A stretch of 64,000 bases of DNA, taken from Candidatus Multivoradales bacterium. Lineage in GTDB: Bacteria > Acidobacteriota > Thermoanaerobaculia > Multivoradales > Multivoraceae. The stretch covers positions 3,872,001 through 3,936,000 of the forward strand of contig CBDCWI010000002.1 in NCBI GenBank assembly GCA_965223325.1, written 5' to 3'. Positions 57,384-64,000 of this stretch are shown one piece after another. Both the position numbers and the translations under genes were made by a program. Every line of letters begins with the position of its first letter. The first letter of the stretch is position 1. Under the pieces are notes generated by a model. The model did no database searches. It was not told where the DNA came from and worked only from the letters and a program-made list of their open reading frames with translations.

Positions 57384-58379
57384 ATGAGCGATTCCGTGGC
57401 CCCTCCCGAAGACCTCCCCGTGCCTGCCGACGTCGAAAGAGCAGCCGAGCGTTTGGCGGGGCGCATACATCGCACGCTGGTGGCGCGCTCGCGGACGCTC
57501 AATGAGCGGCTCGGTGCCGAGGTGTTCGTCAAGTGCGAGAACCTCCAACGCACCGGTGCGTTCAAGATCCGCGGTGGCCTCAACGCGCTCGATCGCTACG
57601 CCTCAGGCGAGACGCGGTCTGAAGGAAGCCGCGGCGTCCTCGCGTACTCCTCGGGCAACCACGCCCAGGCGGTTGCCCTGGCGGGTTCGCTGCTCGATGT
57701 GCCAACGACGATTCTGATGCCGAGCGATGCTCCCGAAGCCAAGTTGGAGGCGACCCGCGGTTACGGAGCGGAAGTGATCATCTATGACCGTAGCGAAGCA
57801 ACGCGAGAAGAACTGGCCGCCCAACTCGCCCCCGAACGGCAGCTGTGTCTCATTCCGCCCTACGATCATCCCGACGTTATTGCCGGCCAGGGCACCGCCG
57901 CACTCGAGTTGTTCGACGAAGTTGGTCCGTTGGACTATCTGCTCACACCGCTCGGTGGTGGGGGTCTGGTGTCGGGTTCGGCGCTTGCCTGTGCCCTCTT
58001 GTCGCCGCAGTGTCGGGTCATCGGAGTGGAGCCCGAGGCCGGCGACGACGCGGCTAGAACCTTTAGAACCGGCGTTCTTCAAACGGTGCGTGACCCAGAG
58101 ACCATCGCCGACGGGGCGCGCACGCCCTCACTCGGTCGGTTGACGATGCCGCTGGTCCTCGAACATCTACACGACGTGGTGACGGTTCCCGATCGCGCCC
58201 TGGTCGATGCCATGCGCTTCGTATGGCAGCGCATGAAGCTGGTCGTCGAACCGACGGGTGTCCTGGCGCTCGCCGCGTTGCTCGAGAAGCGCGTCGACGT
58301 GCGCGGTGCGCGGGTCGGCGTCGTGTTTTCGGGCGGCAACGTCGATCTCGAGCGAGCCGCCAGCCTCTTTTCGCCGTGA
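57384..58379 (+). CDS. PLP serine/threonine dehydratase family (threo-3-hydroxyaspartate ammonia-lyase/serine racemase-like)
   Basis: KCENLQRTGAFK.RG, SSGNHAQ, IPPYDHP.V.AGQGT, TIADGA, MKLVVEPTG, SGGNVD; no ACT domain. Confidence 0.88.
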   Translation: MSDSVAPPEDLPVPADVERAAERLAGRIHRTLVARSRTLNERLGAEVFVKCENLQRTGAFKIRGGLNALDRYASGETRSEGSRGVLAYSSGNHAQAVALAGSLLDVPTTILMPSDAPEAKLEATRGYGAEVIIYDRSEATREELAAQLAPERQLCLIPPYDHPDVIAGQGTAALELFDEVGPLDYLLTPLGGGGLVSGSALACALLSPQCRVIGVEPEAGDDAARTFRTGVLQTVRDPETIADGARTPSLGRLTMPLVLEHLHDVVTVPDRALVDAMRFVWQRMKLVVEPTGVLALAALLEKRVDVRGARVGVVFSGGNVDLERAASLFSP

Positions 58380-58429
58380 CGTCTCTGAGGTGGGCAGCTC
58401 GCCCACCCCAGAGAGTCAAAGTGCAGACC

Positions 58430-59062
58430 TCAGTCCGCGGGGCCGAGTTCTTCCGGCTGGAAGTAGCGGAAGAGGCCGGCCGCGATTGCCCCACCGAGCA
58501 GCGGGCCGATCCAGTACAGCGCCAGGTTGGCCAGACCGCCGGTTCCCTGAATCGTCTGCCAGAGCAGCGGGCCAGTTCCAACCGCCGGGTTGAAGGCGCC
58601 GCCCGAGATGCCGCCCGCGCAAATCGCGGCTGCGGTCACCGTCAGGCCGATTGCGAAGCCATAGATGTAGTTGCCCTTGAGTGCTTTGGTGGTCGCAGTG
58701 TTGAGAACCACCGAGGCGAGCACGAAAGTAAACAGCACCTCTGCGCCGAGCGCCTGGGCGAAGCCAACGCCTTCGCCGGGTGCCGGGCCGAAGATCGTAC
58801 CGGCGACGAACTGGACGGTGGCTGCGGCGGCGAGTGCACCAAGCACTTGCGCAACCCAGTACTGAACCATTTCGGCGGGTGTCATACGGCCGCGTGCCCA
58901 GACTGCCAGTGAGACGGCGGGGTTGTAGTGAGCTCCACTGACGTGGCCACCGACGTAGATCATCACCGCCAGGGTGAGACCGATGGCGAGCGGGTTGCCC
59001 GACAATCCGACAGCCAGCACGAGAAAGAACGTGCCGACGAATTCCATAACCAGGTTGCGCAT
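58430..59062 (-). CDS. MIP family channel (aquaporin)
   Basis: EFVGTF, SGAHYNPAV and SGGAFNPAV. Confidence 0.94.
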   Translation of the reverse strand: MRNLVMEFVGTFFLVLAVGLSGNPLAIGLTLAVMIYVGGHVSGAHYNPAVSLAVWARGRMTPAEMVQYWVAQVLGALAAAATVQFVAGTIFGPAPGEGVGFAQALGAEVLFTFVLASVVLNTATTKALKGNYIYGFAIGLTVTAAAICAGGISGGAFNPAVGTGPLLWQTIQGTGGLANLALYWIGPLLGGAIAAGLFRYFQPEELGPAD

Positions 59063-59352
59063 TCTCAACTCCTCGTTTTCGCCGCTTGCGCCATGCTGCC
59101 ACCGACAAGGACGTTGAGCAGGCGGAATTCCGCGCGCTCACGACCCAGGGTGGGAATGCCCGGCGGGCGGCGAGAGTTTCTTCAGTCGATCTGTGGGTGG
59201 GACGGACTGAACTCTCTCACAGGCCGCCGGTGGTTCCCAAGAACCCTCAAGATGCGTCGTGGTGAGCCGCCTCTCCCCGAGCGACCGACCACCGCTACAA
59301 TGTCCATCCACCCTTTCGAATTCACCCTCGGACCAACTCGGAAGCCCTCGCC

Positions 59353-60567
59353 ATGAAGACTCCTGATCTGCGCCGCGCGGCGCTCGCGCTTTCCCTGTTC
59401 GCACTCACTGCGCTCCTCAGTTTCCCGCTCTCCGCTCAGAAGAAGGTGCCGGTCGAGGGCGAGGTGCAGAACACGCAAGGCAAGGCGGTTGGCAAGGTCT
59501 CGTGGACCCTGGTGGCTGCGGACGGGACGGTAGCTGCCAGCGGTGCGGCCGACAAGAAGGGGCGCTTCAAAGCCACTGTGCTTCCTGGTTCCTACACCTC
59601 GCAGCTCGCACACCCGGACTACGCCACGACCGAGAAGACACTCGAGATCGGCGAGAACGGTTCGAAGTTGGGCCTCAAGATTCTCACCGGCCCCGAACTC
59701 GCCGGGAACACCTTCAACGATGGCGTCGGTCTTTTGCAGTCCGGTGAGCCCGACGCAGCGCTCGAGAAGTTTCTGAAAGCTCGCGAGCTCGATCCCACCC
59801 TGCCGCAGGCGCCGCTTGGAATCGCCCTGGTCAAGCACGGCAAGCAAGAGTGGGATCAAGCGGCGCAGGCGGTCGATAAGGTGATGGAGCTGGCACCGGG
59901 GCAACCGATGGTTCCTCCCGTAGTGCTCTATGACATCGCGCTCAATACGGATCGCCAGGATTGGCGCGACCAGGCCAAAGCACAGCTCGTCGGGACCCCA
60001 GCGGCAACCGACGCTGCCAAGGGGGTCTACAACAAAGGCGTCAGGGCGGCTAACGCGGAAGACGACGAGGCCGCGGTTGCGGCTTTCACGGAGGCCCTCG
60101 AGCTCGACCCGAAGCTGCCGGCCGCACACCAGTCACTGGCCGCCATCTACTTCAACAAGGGCGAGCACGCCAGAGCACTGCCGTTCATCGACAGCCTGCT
60201 GGCGGTCGCACCTACCAACGCGGCGGGTCAGCGCATGGCCTTCTTCAGTCACATGGAACTGGGCGATACCCAGAAGGCCGGCAAGGCCTTTGGCGTTTGG
60301 TCAGGTGAGGCTTCGAGTGCCGCCGGCGAGGTCCTCGAGCAGGCAGAGAACCTGTTCAAGGCGAACCAGCAAGACAAGGCGCTTTCCTATGCCGAGGCGA
60401 TGCTGATCGGAGCCCCCGACAACGCGCGAGCGCACTACCTCAAGGGCCGCGTACTGGCGGCCACGGGTCAGGTCGCTGCAGCCAAAAGCGCCTTGCAGAG
60501 ATTCCTCGACCTGGCGCCTGACGACGCGGAGGCTGCGGCAGCGCGCCAGATGATGGAAGGGCTGTAG
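59353..60567 (+). CDS. Exported carboxypeptidase-regulatory-like (beta-sandwich) + TPR protein
   Basis: Signal peptide, G.V....G..V...D..G.F..LPG.Y pattern, then TPRs. Confidence 0.8.
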   Translation: MKTPDLRRAALALSLFALTALLSFPLSAQKKVPVEGEVQNTQGKAVGKVSWTLVAADGTVAASGAADKKGRFKATVLPGSYTSQLAHPDYATTEKTLEIGENGSKLGLKILTGPELAGNTFNDGVGLLQSGEPDAALEKFLKARELDPTLPQAPLGIALVKHGKQEWDQAAQAVDKVMELAPGQPMVPPVVLYDIALNTDRQDWRDQAKAQLVGTPAATDAAKGVYNKGVRAANAEDDEAAVAAFTEALELDPKLPAAHQSLAAIYFNKGEHARALPFIDSLLAVAPTNAAGQRMAFFSHMELGDTQKAGKAFGVWSGEASSAAGEVLEQAENLFKANQQDKALSYAEAMLIGAPDNARAHYLKGRVLAATGQVAAAKSALQRFLDLAPDDAEAAAARQMMEGL

Positions 60568-60703
60568 ATGAGAGAGGGTAGGGCCGCTTCCGTTGCCGCG
60601 GCCCAGTCGGCCTATCTCCTGTGGAATGAAGCCTTTGCGCCTATTCAAATAGGCCCGCGTCGGTTAGGCTGGCGAATTCACCGGATTCTCTGGTTGGTTC
60701 GTC

Positions 60704-62059
60704 ATGAAGCGCACGGTTCACCAATTCGCAGCCTGGAAGAGGAGCGCAGTTTGCGCGCTCGTCCTGTCGTGGGCAGGTCTGGGTGCGCTCTCGTCGCAAG
60801 TGGTGTGGTCGAACCGGGTCGAGGTCGAAGGTGCCTTTCAGCCTGACGGTGAGGTCTATCAGAAGGGCGAAGTGGTCTGGGAGCCGCGCATCCAGGCGCC
60901 TCTCGGTCGCCATTGCTCGGCAACCTTCGAAGCACGACTGCGCGCCGACACCGAAGACATCATCGAGCCCGGGGTTCCAGACCAGCGAACCCGCTCGGCT
61001 GCCAACGAACGCTGGTTCATTGGCACGCAGATCGATAGTGCGGTACGCGAAGCCTGGGTTCGCTGTGCGAGCGGTGGCTTCCAGATCGACGTCGGCAAGC
61101 AGCAGACCGTCTGGGGCAAGGCCGATGGCCTCAAACTGCTCGACGTGGTCAACCCACAGTCATTCCGCGAGTTCATCCTCGACGACTTCGCGGACTCGCG
61201 CATTCCACTGTGGACGGTGTCGGCAAGCTACTCCTTCGGTCCCAGCAGTCTGCAGGTGCTGTGGATTCCCGACACGACCTACCATGAGCTACCCGCGAGT
61301 GGCTCCCCGTTCGCGTTCACTTCGCCGCTTCTCGCACCGAGGGTGTCGACCGCCGTTCCGGTTGAGCTCCTCGCCGTTTCCAAGCCGGGCGATGCCTTCG
61401 ACGACGCGGACTGGGGGGCGCGGTTTGCGACCTTCCTGGGTGGGTGGGATCTCTCGGCGGTGTACCTGCATCACTACGATGATCTACCAGTTTTCCGTCA
61501 ACAGGTGGTTGCTGATGGGCTGGGCTCACGGGTTGTCGTCGAGCCGACCTACGAACGGACCGATCTCTACGGCGGGAGTTTCAGCAACGCTTTCGGCAAG
61601 TTGACCGTACGCGGCGAGATCGGTCTGTCGGACGACAAGGCCTTTACCTCGAACGATCTCTTCCACGCCCGTTCTGACTCCTTCGGCCTGGTTCGTTCCG
61701 ATGAGCTCGGCTGGGTCCTCGGACTCGACTGGTACGGCATGCCTCAGTCGATGCTGAGTTTTCAGTACTTCGAGAGTCGCGTCGACGACGACCTGCCCCT
61801 CGATCGCGAAACCGTCGAGAGGAACGTCACCGGCTTCTACCGCTGGTGGAGCCGCAGTGAGAAGCTCGAGGCGCGCTTGATGTGGATGCACAATCTCGAG
61901 CGCAACGACGGTCTCGTACGGCCGGAGGTCCGCTATCAGTGGTTGGACATGACCCGGCTATGGATCGGCTATGACCACTTCTACGGAACGCGCCTCGGGC
62001 TGTTTGGCCAGTTTCGTGATCAGAGCCGCCTACGCATGGGCCTCGGCCTGCAATGGTGA
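60704..62059 (+). CDS. Outer-membrane beta-barrel, DUF1302-like
   Basis: Signal peptide, REAW, GKQQTVWGKADG..LDVVNP, amphipathic strands, C-terminal aromatic residue (W). Confidence 0.75.
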   Translation: MKRTVHQFAAWKRSAVCALVLSWAGLGALSSQVVWSNRVEVEGAFQPDGEVYQKGEVVWEPRIQAPLGRHCSATFEARLRADTEDIIEPGVPDQRTRSAANERWFIGTQIDSAVREAWVRCASGGFQIDVGKQQTVWGKADGLKLLDVVNPQSFREFILDDFADSRIPLWTVSASYSFGPSSLQVLWIPDTTYHELPASGSPFAFTSPLLAPRVSTAVPVELLAVSKPGDAFDDADWGARFATFLGGWDLSAVYLHHYDDLPVFRQQVVADGLGSRVVVEPTYERTDLYGGSFSNAFGKLTVRGEIGLSDDKAFTSNDLFHARSDSFGLVRSDELGWVLGLDWYGMPQSMLSFQYFESRVDDDLPLDRETVERNVTGFYRWWSRSEKLEARLMWMHNLERNDGLVRPEVRYQWLDMTRLWIGYDHFYGTRLGLFGQFRDQSRLRMGLGLQW

Positions 62060-62068
62060 GCAAGGGCC

Positions 62069-64000
62069 TCAGGGTTGTTCCAACGCCTCCTGCTGGAACA
62101 TGCCGGTTGATAGATCCGTGTCATAGGCGACGTCGCTGAAACGGAAGGTCGTCGAACCGCCGGTCGCGTGATTGATGCACTCGAGACGGTGCACGGTGTC
62201 GATGCCGTCGACCTTCCTGATGTCGTGAGCGGTGATGGTGCGCTCGAGCGTCTGGCCGGTCCAGTACTCGACTCGTCGAGTGAGCCAGGTCTCACTGTCG
62301 ACCCAGCGCGTCGCCCGCTCGTGACCGAGCACCTTGGCCAACCGGCGACTCTTCACCAGGCCGTCAACGACAATGCACTGGCAGTCGTCGAGGGTCTGCC
62401 AGCCGACGGTCTGCCAGTTGTAGTCATCGAGCTCGACCTTCATCTCGTTCTTGATGTTCTCGTAGGTGAAGTCGGTGCCAAGGAAAGACTCGCCGCGGTT
62501 GGAAGCAGAGATGCGCCGGACGCGCCGGTACTCCGGCAGGTAGAGCCACTGGTCGTCGGCTTTACCGTCGCCGTAGTCCCAGGTGAGAAACGCAGTGCCC
62601 CGAACGGAAACCGGCTCGACGTAGCGGATGAGGCTCTGCTTGCGGTCGCCGTCGTAGCGTCGGAACACGGATGCCTTGCGGTGACGCTCGCGCCCGCGGG
62701 CGTCACGGACAGTGATCTCTAGAGATTCGCGCAGAGTCTCGCCATCCGAGCGCGCATTGACGAGCTGGGCGACGCGTAGGCCCTCGATCTTTGTTCCCGG
62801 TGCGAGGGCGGAGTCGGCTTCGGTGGAGGTGCCACGCGAGTGGCCGGTGCCGAGGGCGACAGAGAGCCCGAGCAACAAAACGACCAGCGTCGCCGGGGAG
62901 CCGACCCCGGCCTGGGCGCGCCGTCTCGCCTCGAGCTGGCGCGCAATCGCGGCGGGGGCGCTTTCGCTGCGTTCCTTCTCTGGCACATGTTCGTGGAGCT
63001 CGGCTTCGTGAAGCGGCCAGCCGACCAGCCGCAAAAGGCTCGGAAGCAGGAAGAGGTCAGCGGCAAGCGCGACGACCAGGGTTATCGCGGTTGCCAGACC
63101 CATATGGGCGATCGGTTGAAAGTCCGAGAACAAGAGCACCAGAAAGCCGAGTCCGAGGCAGACAGTGGTCACCAGGAGCGCCGGGCCAACGCGTTCGTAG
63201 ATCGCGGAAAGCGCCTGCCGTGGGTGATGGTTCCCCTTACCGCCGAGATGACCGAGGACGTGGGCGGTGTCGTCGACGGCCAGGCCCAGCGCCAGGCAAC
63301 CAGTGATACTGGTGACGAAAGACAGCGGAATTCCGGTCCAACCCATCAGCCCGAGGCAGGTTGCGATCGGGACGACGTTCGGAATCATCGAGAGTAGACC
63401 CAGTTTGAACGAGCGCAGGGAGGCCATCATCAGGAGTGTGATGAGAGCCACGGCTACGGCCAGGCCACGCAGCATGTTGCGCACGATCCCGTCCATTGCT
63501 TTGGGAAACAAGAGCCAGGTACCGAGGACTTCGACATCCAGGTTCGCCGGTCGGGTCGGGGTCTCGGCAGCAAAGCCGAGCAACCGCTGGCGCAGATCGA
63601 GCACTGCCTTCGACGAGCGGCTGTCGACCTTGAGGAAGACGTTGAGCGCTGAGCGGTCGAAGTTGACGTAGTACTCGAAGTCTTCTGGGCTGCCGCTACT
63701 CTCGTAGAGCACCATGTACTGCGCGGCGAGTGCCGGAGAGGTGAAGTAGCGTCGTTCGCTGTCGGGCTCGCCGGGCGGTTCGGGGTTCATCGCGTCGTCG
63801 ATGAGCGCCAAGTAGTCGAGCAGTGAGACTGAGCGGGTGACGATCGGATCCGCCATTGCGGTTTCGATGGCGCCGTGCGCGAAACGCAGCACCGACGGGG
63901 CGAGGGCTCCTTCGCCCTCCTCGGTCGACAGAACCAGGTTGACCCATAACGAACCGTCGAAGCGGTCGCTGAGGAACCCATCGCTCAGGCGATGAAAGCT
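62069..64000 (-). CDS. MMPL/RND transporter fused to a LolA-like (outer-membrane lipoprotein-sorting) domain; 5' end beyond window
   Basis: SMIPNVVP, LGLAVDDTAH, GFLVL.FSDF.P; then P..VRGTAFL, DDQWLYLP..RRVRRI, FLGTDFTYE. Frame stays open to 64000. Confidence 0.85.
   Translation of the reverse strand, partial: SFHRLSDGFLSDRFDGSLWVNLVLSTEEGEGALAPSVLRFAHGAIETAMADPIVTRSVSLLDYLALIDDAMNPEPPGEPDSERRYFTSPALAAQYMVLYESSGSPEDFEYYVNFDRSALNVFLKVDSRSSKAVLDLRQRLLGFAAETPTRPANLDVEVLGTWLLFPKAMDGIVRNMLRGLAVAVALITLLMMASLRSFKLGLLSMIPNVVPIATCLGLMGWTGIPLSFVTSITGCLALGLAVDDTAHVLGHLGGKGNHHPRQALSAIYERVGPALLVTTVCLGLGFLVLLFSDFQPIAHMGLATAITLVVALAADLFLLPSLLRLVGWPLHEAELHEHVPEKERSESAPAAIARQLEARRRAQAGVGSPATLVVLLLGLSVALGTGHSRGTSTEADSALAPGTKIEGLRVAQLVNARSDGETLRESLEITVRDARGRERHRKASVFRRYDGDRKQSLIRYVEPVSVRGTAFLTWDYGDGKADDQWLYLPEYRRVRRISASNRGESFLGTDFTYENIKNEMKVELDDYNWQTVGWQTLDDCQCIVVDGLVKSRRLAKVLGHERATRWVDSETWLTRRVEYWTGQTLERTITAHDIRKVDGIDTVHRLECINHATGGSTTFRFSDVAYDTDLSTGMFQQEALEQP

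Overview
High-GC bacterial chromosome segment, most likely Acidobacteriota (Thermoanaerobaculia-like; inferred from gene order, the SecF insertion and the short PheT). Mostly core genes: secD(partial)-secF-rel; pilMNOPQ followed by three lipoprotein genes (two with IPT/TIG, Ig and PKD domains); TPR + roadblock + accBC-thiE-aroK; a Tat-type GMC oxidoreductase pair; a complete System I ccmABCDEFGH(I) operon; an ECF sigma module with a SigW-type promoter; proS; a CNNM/CBS protein; a VapBC-type TA pair; a threonine ammonia-lyase; two tRNA-Val genes; thrS-rpmI-rplT-pheST without infC; a methyltransferase/GT-C cluster; an aquaporin; a DUF1302-like barrel; and an MMPL-LolA-like fusion (partial). The most unusual observations are: (1) a dispersed non-coding repeat family in 5 copies, with a covarying long stem, a GCGAAGC mini-hairpin core and orientation-linked G+T strand skew in the flanks; (2) a duplicated, diverged ilvA 3' end that brackets the TA pair like attL/attR; (3) pilQ-linked lipoproteins and a non-lipidated PilP; (4) a ComEA-like HhH insertion in SecF; (5) the MMPL-LolA-like fusion; (6) two small genes missed by the ORF track (ccmD and a MetS-like peptide). 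No CRISPR array, rRNA, integrase or transposase was seen. All family calls come from motif recognition by eye, not database searches.
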